64,000 nt of DNA, taken from the human T2T-CHM13v2.0 reference genome, Homo sapiens. Below, in pieces: positions 13,785 to 27,700 of the stretch (the first letter of the stretch is position 1; each line of letters opens with the position of its first letter). A program made the position numbers and the translations under genes. The notes under the pieces were generated by a model. That model saw nothing but the letters and a program-made list of their open reading frames with translations. It made no database searches and was not told where the DNA came from. The stretch lies in the NCBI RefSeq assembly GCF_009914755.1, contig NC_060935.1. The stretch is one strand, 5' to 3'.

Positions 13785-16700
13785 GCATTCATCTCATAGA
13801 GTTGAACAATTCTTTTGACTGAGCAGTTTGGAAGCAGTCTTTTGTAGAATCTGGAAAGGAATATTTGGGAGCAATTTGAGGCCTATGGTGAAAAAGGAAA
13901 TATCTTCACATAAAAACTAGAAAGAAGCTTTCTGAGAAACTACTTTGTGATGAGTGCATTCATATAACAGAGGTAAACGTTTCTTTTCATTGAGCAGTTT
14001 GGAAACTCTTTTTGCAGAATCTTCAAAGAGATATTTGTGAGCGCTTTGAGGCCTACAGTGAAAAAGGAAATATCTTCACATAAAAACCAGACAGAAACTT
14101 TCTGAGAAACTTCTTTGTGATGCGTACATTCATCTCATAGAGTTGAACCATTCTTCTGAATGAGCAGTTTGGAAAAAGTCTTTTTGTAGAATCTGCAAAG
14201 GGATATTTGGGAGTGCTTTGAGGCTTATGGAGAAAAAGGAAATATCTTCAAATAAAAACTAGAAAGAAGCTTTCTGAGAAACTGATTTGTGGTGTGTGCA
14301 TTCATCTCAGATAGGTAAACGTTGCTTTTCATTGAGCAGTTTGGAAACTCTGTTCTTCTAGAATCCACAAAGGGATATTTGTGTACGCTTTGAAGCCTAT
14401 AATGAAACAGGGAATATCTTCATATAAAAACTAGACAGAAGCTTTCTGAGAAACTGCTTTGTGATGTGTGCATTCATCTCACAGAGGTAAATGTTTCTTG
14501 TCATTGAGCAGTTTGGAAACTCTGTTCTTCTGGAATCTGCAAAGGGATATTTCTGAGTGCTTTGAGGCCTGTGGTGAAAAAGGAAATGTCTTCACATAAA
14601 AACTATGCAGAAGCTTTCTGAGAAACGTTTTTGTGATGTGTGCATTCATCTCACAGAGTTGAGCATTCTTTTGATTGAGAAATTTGGGGGCACAGAGTTT
14701 GTAGAATCTACAAAGGGATATTTGCATTCACATGGTGGCCTGAGGTGGAAAAGGAAATATCTTCCAACACAAACTAGACAGAAGCTTTCTGAGAAACTGC
14801 ATTGTGATGTATGCATTCATCTCACAGAGTGAACCCATGCCTTTCATTAACCAGTTTGGAACCACTCTTTTTGTAGAACATGCAAAAAGATATTTGGGAT
14901 CACCTTGAGGCCTATGGTGAAAAAGGAAATTTCTTCACATGAGAGCTAGACAGAAGCTTTCTGAGAAACTTCTCTGTGATCTGTGCATTCATCTCACAGA
15001 GTTGAACCACACTTTTGATTGAGCAGTGTGCAAACAATATTTTGTAAAACCTGTATAGGCATATTTGGGAGTGTTTTGAGGCCTATCATGGAAAAGATAT
15101 ATCTTCACATTAAAACTAGAAAGAAGCTTTCTGAGAAAGTGATTTGTGATGTGTGCATTCATCTCACAGAGTTGAACCATTCTTTTGATTGAGCAGTTTG
15201 GAAACAGTCTTTTTGTAGAATCTGCAAAGGGATATTTGGGAGCACTTTGAGGCCTATGGTGAAAAAGGAAATATCTTCACATAAAAACTAGAAAGAAGCA
15301 TTCTGATAAATTTCTTTGTGATGCATGCATTCATCTGACAGAGTTGAACCATTATTTTCATTGAGCAGTTTGGAAACAGACCTTTTTTAGCATCTGCAAA
15401 GGGATATTTGGAAGTGATTTGAGGCCTATGGTGGAAAAGGAAATATCTTCACATAAAAACTAGAAAGAGGCTTTCTGAGAAACTGCTTCATGATGTATGC
15501 ATTCATCTCACAGAGATAAATGATTCTTGTCATTGAGCAGTTTGGAAACTCTGTTGTTCTAGAATCTGCAAAGCGATATTTCTGAGCGCTTTGAGGCCTA
15601 TGGTGAAAAAGGAAATATCTTCACATAAAAATTTTGCAGAAGCTTTCTGAGAAACTACTTTGTGATGTGTGCATTCAATGCACAGAGTTGAACCTTTCTT
15701 TGATTGGGAAATTTGGAAGCACAATGTTCATAGAATCTGCGGAGGGATATTTGCACTTGCATGGAGACCTGAGGTGGAACAGATAATATCTCCTGACACA
15801 AACTGGAAAGAAGCTTTCTGATAAAGTGCTTTGTGATGTGTGCATTCATCTCAAAGAGTGGAACCATTCTTTTCATTGACCAGATTGGAACCACTCTTTT
15901 TGTGGAATCTCCTCAGGGATATTTGGCAAGGCTTTGAGGACTATGGTGAAAAAGGAAATATGTTCAGAGAAAAACTAGACAGAAGCTTTCTGAGAAACTT
16001 CTTTGTGATGTGTGCCTTCATCTCACAGTGTTGAACCATTCTTTTGATTGAGCAGTTTGGAAACAGTCTTTTTGTAGAATCTGCAAAGAGATATTTGGGA
16101 GTGCTTTACGCCTATAGTGAAAAAGGAAATATCTTCACATAAAAACTAGAAACAAGCTTTCTTAGAAACTGCTTTGTGATGTGTGCATTCATCTCACAGA
16201 ATAGAACCATTCTTTTGATGGCACTGATTGGAACAGTATTTTTCTAGAATCTGCAAAGGGTTATTTGGGAGTGCTTTGAGGCCTCTGGTGAAAAAGGAAA
16301 TATCTTCACATAAAAACTATACAGAAGCTTTCTACAAAACTGCTTTGTGATGTGTGCATTCAGCTCACAGTGTTGAACCATTGTTTTGATTTAGCAGTTT
16401 GGAAAAAGTCTTTTTGTAGAATCTGCCAAGGGATATGTGGGAGTGCTTTGAGGCTCATGGTGAAAAAAGAAACATCTTCACATAAAAACTAGAAAGAAAC
16501 TTTCTGAGAAACTGCTTTGTGATGTGTGCATTCATCTCACACGGGTCAACATTTCTTTTCATTGAACACTTTGGAAATTCTATTCTTCTAGAATCTAGAA
16601 AGTTATATTTCCATGCTCTTTGAGGCCTATGGTGATAAAGGAAATATCTTCAGGTAAAAACTAGACAGAAGCTTTCTGAGAAAGTTCTTTGGGAGGTGTG

Positions 16701-19700
16701 TATTCATCTCTTAGAGTTGAACAATCCTTTTTATGGAAAATTTTGAAAACACAGTGTTTGTAGAATCTGTGAAGGGGTATTTTCATTCACATAGATGCCT
16801 GAGGTGGAAAAGAAATAACTTCCAACAGAAACTAGACAGAAGCTTTCTGAGAAACTTCTTTGTGATGTGTGCATTCATCTGACAGCGTTGAACCATTCTT
16901 TTGATTGAGCAGTTTCAACACCATCTGTTTGTAGAATCTCCAAAGGGTTATTTGGGAGTGTTTTGAGGCCTATTGTGAAAAATGAAACATCTTCATGTAA
17001 AACTAGAAAGAAGCTTTCTGAGAAACTGCTTTGTGATCTGTGCATTCATCTCTCAGAGGTAAACGTTCCTTTTCATTGATGAGTTTGGAAACTCTGCTCT
17101 TGTAGAATCTGCAAATGGATATTTATGAGCGCTTTGAGGCCTAGGGTGAAAAAGGAAATATCTTCCCATAAAAACTAGACAGAAGATTTCTGAGAAAGTT
17201 CTTTGTGATGTGTGTATTCATCTCTTAGAGTTGAACAATCCTTTTTACAGAAAATTTTGAAAACACAGTGTTTGTAGAATCTGTGAAGGGATATTTTCAT
17301 TTGCATAGTTGCCCGAGGTGGAAAAGAAATAACTTCTGACAGAAACTAGACAGAAGCTTTCTGAGAAACTACTTTGTGATGTGTGCATTCATCTCACAGA
17401 GTTGAACCATTCTTTTCATTGAGCAGTTTGGAACTACTCTTTTTGTGGAAAGTGCTAAGGGACAGAAGGGAGCACTTTCAGGCCTATGGTGAAAAAGGAA
17501 ATATCGTCACATAAAAACTAGTCAGAAGAGTTCTGAAAAACTTCTTTGTGATGTGTGCATTCATCTCACAGAGTTGAACCTCTCTTTTGATTGAGCAGTT
17601 TGGAAAGGGTCTTTTTGTAAAATCTGCAAAGGTATATTTGGGAGAATTTTGAGGCCTACAGTCAAAAAGGAAATATCTTCACATAAAAAATGGACAGAAG
17701 CTTTCTGTGAAAATTCTTTGTGATGTGTGCATTCATCTCATATGATTGAACCATTCTTTTGATTGAGCAGTTTGGGAACTTTGTTTTTATAGGATGTTCA
17801 AAGGGATATTTGGGAGCACTTTGAGACCAATTGTGAAGAAGGAAATATCTTCACATAAAAACTAGAAAGAAGCTTTCTAGGAAACTGCTTCATGATGTGT
17901 GCACTCATCTCACAGAGGTAAAGGTTTCTTTTCATAGAACAGTTTGGAAAATCTATTCTTCTAGAATCTGCAAAAGGAATGTTTGTCAGCATTTTGAGGC
18001 CTATGGTGAAAAAGGAAATATCCTCACATGAAAACCAGACAGAAGCTTTCTGAGAAACTTCTTGGTGATGTGTGCATTTATCTCATAGAGTTATACCTTT
18101 CTTTTGATTATGCAGTTTGGAAACAGTCTTTTTCTAGAATCTACAAAGGGATATTTGGGAGCGGTTTGAGGCATATGATGAAAAAGGAAATATCTTCACA
18201 TAAAAACTAGAAAGAATCTTTCTGAGAAATGCCTTTGTGATCTGTGCATTCATTTAAAGGGGTCAAAGTATGTTTTCATTGACCAGTTTGGAAACTCTGC
18301 TTTTCTAGAATCTGCAAAGGGTGTATTTGTGAGCGCTTTGAGGCTTATGGTGAGAAAGTAAATATCTTCACATGAAAACTAAATAGAAGCCTTCTGAGAA
18401 AGCACTTTGTGATGTGTGGATTCATCTGACAGAGTTGAACAACCTTTTGATTGAAAATTTTGGAAACACAGTGTTTGTAGAATCTGTGAAGGGATATTTG
18501 TATTAGCAGAGATGCCTGAGGTGGAAAAGTAATATGTTCTGACAGAAACAAGACAGAAGCTTACTGAGAAACTGCTTAATGATGTGTGAATTAATATCAG
18601 AGATTTGAGCCATTCTTTTCTTTGAGCAGTTTGGAACCACATTTTTGTAGAATCTTCTAAGTGATATTAGGGAGTGTTTTGAGGCCAATGATGAAAAAGG
18701 AAATATCTTCACATAAAAATTAGTCAGAAGCTTTCTGAAAAACTTATTTGTGATGTGTGCATTCAGCTCACAGAGTTGAACCATTCTTTTGATTCAGCAG
18801 TTTGGAAACTGTCTTTTTGTAGAATCTTCAAAGGGATATTTGGGAAAGCTTTGAGGCCTATGGTGAAAAGGAAATATCTTCACATAAAAACCAGACAGAA
18901 GCTTCCTGAGAAACTTCTTTGTTATATCCACACTAATCTCACTGAGTTGAACCATACTTCTGACTGCGTAGTTTGGAAACAGTCTTTTTGTAGAATCTGA
19001 AAAGGGATATTTGGGATCACTTTAAGGCCAATGGTGAAAAAGGAAATATCTTCACATAAAAACTAGAAAGAATCTTTCTGAGAAACTTATTTGTGATGTG
19101 TGCATTCATCTCACAGAGTTGAAACTTTCCTTTGATTGAGCAGTTTAGAAACAGTCTACTTGTAGAATCTGCAAAGAGATATTTGTGAGCAGTTTGAGGC
19201 CTATGGTGAAAAAGGAAATAACTTCATATTAAAACTAAACAGAATCTTTTGGGAAAACTTCCTTGTGATGCGTGCACTCATCCCACAGGGTTGAACAATC
19301 CTTTTGACAGAAAATTTTGGAAACACAGTGTTTGTAGAATCTGCCAAGGGATATGTTCATTCACATAGATGCCTGAGGTGGAAAAGTATATCTTCTTATG
19401 GAAACTTGACAAAAGCTTTCTGATAAACTGCTTTGTGATGTGAGCATTCATCTGACAGAGTTGAACCATTATTTACATTGAGCAATTTGGAACTACTCTT
19501 TTTGTAGAATGTGCTAAGGGATAGAAGGGGGCTCTTTCAGCCCTAGAGTGAAAAAAGAAATAGCTTCACAGAAAAACTATAAAGAAGGTTTCTGAGAAAC
19601 TGCTTTGTGATGTGTGCATTCATCTCACAGAAGTAAACGTTTCTTTTCATTTAGCAGTTTGCAAACTCTGTTCTTATAGAACCTGCAAAGGGAAATTTGT

Positions 19701-21740
19701 GAGCACTTTGAGGCCTATGGTGAGAAAGGAAGTATCTTCCCATAAAAACTAGACAGAAGCTTTCTGAGAAACGTTTCTGTGATGTGTGCATTCACCACAC
19801 AGAGTTGAAACATATTTTTGATTTTGCAGTTTGGAAACAGTCTTTTTGGAGATTCTACAAAGGGATATTTGGGAGCACTTTGGGGCCTATGGTGAAAAAG
19901 AAAACATCTTCACATCAAAACTAGAAAGGAGCTTTCTCAGAAACTGCCTTGTGATGTGTGCATTCAACTCACAGAGGTAAAAGTTTCTTTTCACTGAGCA
20001 GATTGGAAACTCTGTGCTTCTAGAATCTGCAATGCGATATTTGTGAGTGCTTTGAGGCCTTTGGTGAAAAAGGAACTATCTTCACATAAAAATTAGACAG
20101 ACCCTTTCTGAGAAACTGCTTTGTGATGTGTACATTCGTTTCACATAGTTGAACTAGTCTTTTGATTCAGCAGTTTGTAAACAGTCTTTTTGGTGAATCT
20201 GCAAAGGGATATTTGGAAGCGATTTGAGGACTATGGTGAAAAAGGATATATCTTCACATAAAACTAGAAAAAAGCTTTCTGAGAAACTGCTTTTTGATGT
20301 GTGCATTCTTCTTAGAGAGGTAAATGATTCTTCTCATTGAGTTGTTTGGAAACTCTGTTCTTCTAGAATTTCCAAATGGATATTTCTGAGTGCTTTTAGG
20401 CATATGGTGAAAAAGGAAATATCTTCACATAAAAACTAGAGAGAAGCTTTCAGAGTGTCTGGTTTGTGATGTGTGCATTCATCTCACAGAGGTAAATGTT
20501 TCTTTTCATTGACGGTTTGAAAACTTTGTTCTTCTAGAATCTGCAAAGGGATATTTGTGAGCCCTTTGATTTCTATGGTGGAAAAGGAATTGTCTTCACA
20601 GCAAAACTAGGCAGAAGCTTTCTCCAAAATTTCTTTATGATATGTGCATTCATTTCTCAATGGTGAACCATTCTTTTGATTGAGAAGTTTGGAAAATGTC
20701 TTTTTGTAGAATCTGCAAAGGGATATTTGGAGCACTTTGAGGTCCATAGTGAAAAAGAAAATATCATCACATAAAAACTAGAAAGAAGTTTTAGGAGAAA
20801 CTGCTTTGTGATGTCTGCATTCATCTCGCAGAAGTAAATGATTCTTTTCACTATGCAATTTGGAAACTCTGTTTTTCTAGAATCTGCAAAGGGATATTGG
20901 TGAGCGCTTTGAGGCCTAAGGTGAAAAAGGAAATATCTTCTCATAAAAACTACAAAGAAGCTTTCTGAGAAACTTCTTTGTGATGTGTGCATTCATCTCA
21001 CAGACTTGAACCATTCTTTTGATTGAGCAGCGTGGAAACAGTCTGTCTCTAGAATCTGCAAAGGGATATTTGGGAGCGCTTTGAGGCCTCTGGTGAAAAA
21101 GGAAATACCTTCATATAAAAACTGGAAAGATGCTTTATGAGAAACTGCTTTGTGATGTGTGCATTTATCTCACAGAGATAAAAGTTTCTTTTCATTGAGC
21201 AGTTTGGAAACTCCGATCTTCTAGAATCTGCAAAGACATATTTATGAGTGAATTGAGGCCTATTGTGAAAAAGGAAATAGCGTCACATAAAAAGTGTACA
21301 GAACCATTCTGAGAAATTTCTATATGATGTATGCATTCTTCCCACAGAATTGACCATTTCTTTTTTTAGGCAGTTTGGAAACAGTCTTTTTGCAGAATCT
21401 GCAAAGTGATATTTGGAAGCTGTTTGAGGCCTATAGTGAAAAAGGAAATGTTTTCATATGAATCTAGACAGAACTTTCTGAAAAACTACTTTATGATGTG
21501 TGTGTTCATCTCACAGAGTTGAACCATTCTTTTGATTGAGCAGTTTGGAAAGAGTCTTTTTGTAGAATCTGCAAAGGGATATTTGGGAACACTTTGAGGC
21601 CTATGGGGAAAAAGAAAATATCTTGACATTAAAAACTAGAAAGAAGGCTTTTGAGAAACTGGTTTGTAATGCATGCATTCATCTCACAGAGCGGAACCAT
21701 TCTCTTGATTGAGCAGTTTGGAAAACTTCTTTTTGAATAA
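13785..21740 (+). repeat. Alpha satellite, intermediate-age monomeric layer (possibly SF6/SF7-like), opposite orientation
   Basis: Monomers carry 'gaagctttctgagaaact', 'ctgcaaagggatatttgggag' and 'ggtgaaaaaggaaa', distinct from both neighbouring layers. The right boundary is approximate. Confidence 0.9.
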
Positions 21741-24700
21741 TCTGCATTGGGTATTTTGGAGCGCTTTGAGGCCTATCATGGAAAAGGAAATATCGTCACA
21801 TAAAAACTAGACAGAAGTATTCTGAGAAACTTCATTTTGATGTGTACATTGAACTAACAGAGTAGAATATTTCTTTTCATTGAGCAGTTTGAAACAGTCT
21901 TTTTGTAGTATCAGCAAATGGATAGTTGGAGCGCTTTGAGGCCTATGGTGGAAAAGGAAATTTCTTCACATGAAAACTAGACAGAAGCATTCTGAGAAAC
22001 TACTTTTTGATGTGTGCATTCATCTCACAGAGTTGAAACTTTCTTTTGATTGACCAGTTTGGGAACACTCTTTTTGTAGAATCTGCAAGTCGACATTTGG
22101 AGCGCTTTGAGGCCTATGGTTGAAAAGGAAATATCTTCACATAGAAACTAGATGGAAGCATTCTGAGAAAGTTCTTTGTGATGTGAGCATTCATCTCACA
22201 GAGTTGAACCTTTCTTTTGATTCAGCAGTTTGGAGATAGTCTTTTTGTAGTATCTGCAATTGGATATTTGGAGCGCTTTGGGTCCTTTGGTGGAAAAGGA
22301 CATATCTACACATAAAAATTAGACAGAAGCATTCTGAGAAACTTCTCTGTGATGTGTGCATTCATATCATAGATTTGAACCTTTCTATTGATTGAGTAGT
22401 CTTGGAACACTCTTTTTGGAGAATCAGCAAGTGGATATTTGGAGTGCCTTGAGGCCTATCATGACAATGGAAATATCTTCACATAAAAACTAGACAGACG
22501 CATCTTGACAAACTACTTTGAGATGCATGCATTCATCTCACAGAGCTGAACCTTTCCTTTGATTGGGCAGTTTTGAAACACTCTTTCTGTAGAATCTGCA
22601 AGTGGATATTTGGGGCGCTTTCTGGCCTATAGTGGAAAAGGAAATATCTTCAAATAAAATATAGACAGAAGCATTCTGAGAGACTTCTTTGTGATGTGTG
22701 CATTTATCTCACAGAGTTTAAACTTTCTTTTGGTTGAGCAGTTTTGAAGAACTCTTTTTGTAGAATCTGCAAGTGGATATGTGGAACGCTTTGAGGCCTA
22801 CGGTGGAAAAGAAAATATCCTCACATAAAAACTAGACAGAAGCATTCTGATAAACTTCTTTATGATGTGTGTATTCATCTCACAGAGTTGAACCTTTCTC
22901 CTGATTGAGCACTTTTGAAACACTCTTTTTGTAGAATCTGCAAGTGGATATTTGGAGCTTTTTGCTGGCTATAGTGGAAAAGGAAATATCTTCCCAGAAA
23001 AACTAGACAGAAGCATTCTGAGAAAATTATTTGTGATGTGTGCATCCCACTCACACAGTTGAACCTTTCTATTGATTGAGCAGTTTGGAAACAGTCTTTT
23101 TGTAGTATCTGCAAATGGATATTTGGAGCACTTTGAGACCTATAGTGGAAAAGGAAATATCTTCACATAAAAACTAGACAGAAGCATTCTGAGAAACTTA
23201 TTTGTGATGTGTGCATTCACTTCCCAGAGTTGAAGGTTTCTTTTAAATGAGCAGTTTTGAAACACTCTTTTTGTAGAATCTGCAAGTAGATATTTGGTGT
23301 GCTTCGGGTCCTACAATGGAAAGCAAAATATCTTCACAGAAAAACTGGACAGAAGCATCGTCAGACACTCCTTCATGATGTGTGCATTCTTCCCAGAGTT
23401 GAAACTTTTTTTGATTGATCAGTTTTGAAACACTCTTTTTGTAGAATCTGCAAATGGATATTTGGAGCACTTTGATGCCCATGGTAGAAAAGGAAATATC
23501 TTCACATAAAAATTACAGAGAAGAAGTCTGTGAAACTTCTTTGTGATGTGTGCATTCACCTCACAAAGTTGAACCTTTCTTTTGATTGTGCAGTTTGGAA
23601 ACAGTCTTTTGTATTATCTGCAAATGGTTAATAGGAGCACTTTGAGGCCTATTGTGGAAAAGGAAATACCTTCACATAAAAACTAGACAGAAGGATTCTG
23701 AGAAACTTGTAAGTGATGTGTGCATTCACCTCACAGAGTTGAACCTTTCTTTTGATTGAGCGGTTTTGAAACACTTTTTGTCGAATCTACAGGTGGATAT
23801 TTGGAGCTCCTAGAGGCCTAAGATGGGAAAGGAAATATCTTCACATAAAAACTGGACAGAAGCATTCTGACGAACTTCCTTGTGATGTGTACATTCATCT
23901 CACAGAGTTGAACATTTCTTTTGATTGAACAGTATAGAAAGAGTCAATTTGTAGAATCTGTAAAGGGATATTTGTGAGCCCATTGAGGCTTCTGGGGAAA
24001 TAGAAAATATCTTCACATAAAAACTAGATGGAAACTTTCTGAGAAACTTCTTTATGATGTCTGCTTACATCTTACAGAGTTGAAACTTTCTTCTTATTGA
24101 GAGTTTAGAAACAGTCTTTTTGTAGAATCGACAAATGGCTATTTCTATCTTTTTGTGGCCTATGATGAAAAAGGAAATATCTTCACATAAAAACTAGACA
24201 GAAGAATTCTGAGAAACTTGTATGTGATGTGTGCATTCATCTCACAGAGTTGAACCTTTCTTTTGATTGAGCAGTTTTGAAACACTTTTTGTAGAATCTA
24301 CAGCTGGATATTTGGAGCTCCTAGAGGCCTAAGGTGGGAAAGGAAATATCTTCATATAAAAACTGGACAGAAGCATTCTGACGAACTTCCTTGTGATGTG
24401 CACATTCATCTCACAGAGTTGAACATTTCTTTTGATTGAGCAGTATAGAAAGAGTCGATTTGTAGAATCTGTAAAGGGATATTTGTGAGCCTATTGAGGC
24501 TTCTGGGGAAATAGAAAATATCTTCACATAAAAACTAGACAGAAACTTTCTGAGAAACTTCTTTAAGATGTCTGCTTACATCTTACAGAGTTGAAACTTT
24601 CTTCTTATTGAGAGTTTAGAAACAGTTTTTGTAGAATCGACAAATGGCTATTTCTAGCTCTTTGTGGCCTATGATGAAAAAGGAAATATCTTCAAATAAA

Positions 24701-27700
24701 CACTAGACAGAAGAATTCTGAGAAACTTCTTTGTGATGTGTGCATTCATTTCACAGAGTTGAACCTTTCTTTTGGTTGAGCAGTTTGGAAACAGTCGTTT
24801 TGAAGAATATGAAGAGGATTATTTTTGAGCCCATTGAGGCCTACGAGGTAATAGGAAATATCTTCACATAAAAACTGGTCAGAAACATTCTGAGAAACTA
24901 CTTTGTGATGTGTGCTTTCATTTCACAGAATTGAAATTTTGTTTTGATCGAGCAGTATGGAAACAGCGTTTTTGTGGTACCTACAAATGGATATTTGGAG
25001 CATTTTGAGGCCTATGGTGAAAAAGGAAATATCTTCATATAAAAACTAGGCAAAATATTATGAGAAACTTATTTGTGATGTGTGCATTCATTTCACAGAG
25101 TTGAACCTTTCTTTTGATTCAGAATTTTGGAAACAGTCATTTTCAGAATTTACAGAGGAATATTTGGGAGGCCATTGAGGCCTATGGGGCAATAGGAAAT
25201 ATCTTCATATAGAAACTAGACAGAAGCTTTCTGAGAAACTAATCTGCGATGTATGCATTCATCTCACAGAGTTGAACCTCTCTTTTGATTGAACAGTTTG
25301 GAAACAGTCTTTTTGTAGAATCTGAAAATGGATATTCGGAGCACCTTGAGGTCTATGGTGGAAAAGGAAATATCTTCAAATAAAAACTAGACAGAGACAT
25401 TCTGAGAAACTTCTCTGTGACGTGTGCATTCATCTGACAGAGTTGAATCTTTCTTTGGATTGAGCAGTTTTGAAACCTTGTTTTTGTAGAATCTGAAAGT
25501 GGATATTTGAAGCACTTTCAGTCATATGGTCTAAAAGGAAATATCCTCACATAAAAAGCAGACAGAAGCATTCTGAGAAACATCTTCATGATATCTGCTT
25601 TCCATTCACAGAGATGAACTTTTCTTTTGATTGAGAAGTTTGGAAACAGTCTTTTTGTAGTATCTGCAAATGGATATTTGGATCGCTTAGAGGCCAATGG
25701 TGGAAAAGGAAATATCTTCACGTAAAAACTAGACAGAAGCATTCTGAGAAACTTCTTTGTGAAGTGTGCATTCGTCTCACAGAGTTGAACTTTCTTTTTA
25801 TTGAGCAGTTTTGAAACACTCTTTTTGTAGAATCTGTCATTGCATATTTGGAGTGCTTTGTGGCCTACTGTTGAAAAGGGAATTTCTTCACATAAAAACT
25901 AGACAGAAGCATTCTGAGAAAGTTTTTGTGATGTGTGTATTCAACTCACAGAGTTGAACTTTTCTTTTGATTGAGCAGTTTGGAAAGAGATTTTTATAGT
26001 AGCTGCAGATGGATATTTAGAGTGCATTGAGGCCTATAGTGGAAAAGGAAATATCTTCACATAAACACTAGACAGAAGCATTCTGAGAAACTCCTTTGTG
26101 ATGTATGCATTCATCTCAAAGAGGTGAACATTTCTTTTGATTAACCATTTTGGAAACACTCTTTTTTTAGAATCTGCAAGTGAGTATTTTGAGCTCTTTG
26201 AAGGCTATATTGGAAAAGAAAATATCTTCACATAAATACTTGACAGAAGCATTCTGAAAAACTTCTGTGTGATGTGTCCATTCAACTCACAGAGTTTAAC
26301 CTTTCTTTTGATTGAGCAGTTTGGAAACAGTCTTTTGTAGTATGTGCAAATGGATATATGGAGCACTTTGAAGTCTGAGGTGTAAAAGTAAATGTCTTAA
26401 CATAAAAACCAGACAGAAAAATTCTGAGAAACTTCTTTGTGATGTGGGCATTCATCTCACTGTGTTGAGCCTTTCTTTTGATTTAACAGTTTTGAAACAC
26501 AGTTTTTGTAGAATCTGCAAGCGGATATTTGGTACAATTTGCAGCCTATGGTGGAAAAGCAAACATCTTCATATTAAAACTAGACAGAAGCATTCTGAGA
26601 AACTGCTTTGTGATGAGTGCATTCATTTCACAGAGTTGTGCCTTTCTTTTGGTTGAGCAGTTTTGAAACACTCTTTTTGTAGAATGTGTGAGGGGATATT
26701 TGGAGCGTTTTGCACCCTATAGTGGAAAAGGAAATAAATTCACTGAAAAACTACACAGAAGCATTCTGACAAACTTGTTCCTGATGTGTGAATTCATCTC
26801 ACAGAGGTGAACCTCTCTTTTGATTAAGCTGTTTTGAAAAACTCTTTTTGTAGAATCTGCAAGAAGATATGTGGAGCACTTTGTGGCCTATGGTGGAAAG
26901 GAAATAACTTTGCATAAAAACTAGAGAGAAGCATTCGGTTAAACCTCTTTATGATGTGAGCATTCAACATAGAAAGACGAAGCTTTGTTATGATTGAGCA
27001 GCTTTGATAACGTCTTTTTATAATATCTGCAAATCGATATTTGGAGTGCTTTGAGGCCTATAGTGGAAAAGGAAATATCTTCACATAAAATCTAGACAGA
27101 AGAATTGGGAGAAATTACTTTGTAACGTGTGCATTCAACTCACAGAGTTGAACCATTCTTTGATTGAGCAGTTTGGAAACAGTCTTTCTGTAGCATTGAC
27201 AAATGGATATTTGGAGCACTTTGAGGTCTATGGGGGAAAAGGAAATATCTTGGCATAAAAGCTAGACAGAAATATTCTCAGAAACTTCTTTGTGATGTAT
27301 GCATTCAACTCACAGAATTGAACCTTTCTTTTGATTGAGAACTTTGGAAACACTCTTTTTGTAGAATCTACAAATGGATATTTGGAGCACTTTGGGGGCA
27401 ATAGCTGAAAAGGAAATATCTTCCCATAAAAACTTGACAGAAACATTCTGAGAAACTCCTTTGTGATGTGTGCATTCATCTTATAGAGTTGAACCCTTCT
27501 TTTGATTGAGAAGTTTTGAAACACTCTTTTTGTAGAATCTGCAAGTGTATGTTTGGAGTGCTTTGAGGCCTATTGTGGAAAAGGAAATATCTTCACATAA
27601 AAACTAGACAGAAGCATTCTCAAAAACTTATTTATGATGTGTGCATTCAACTCACACAGTTGAAGCTTCCTTTTCATTGAAGAGTTTGAAAACACTCTTC

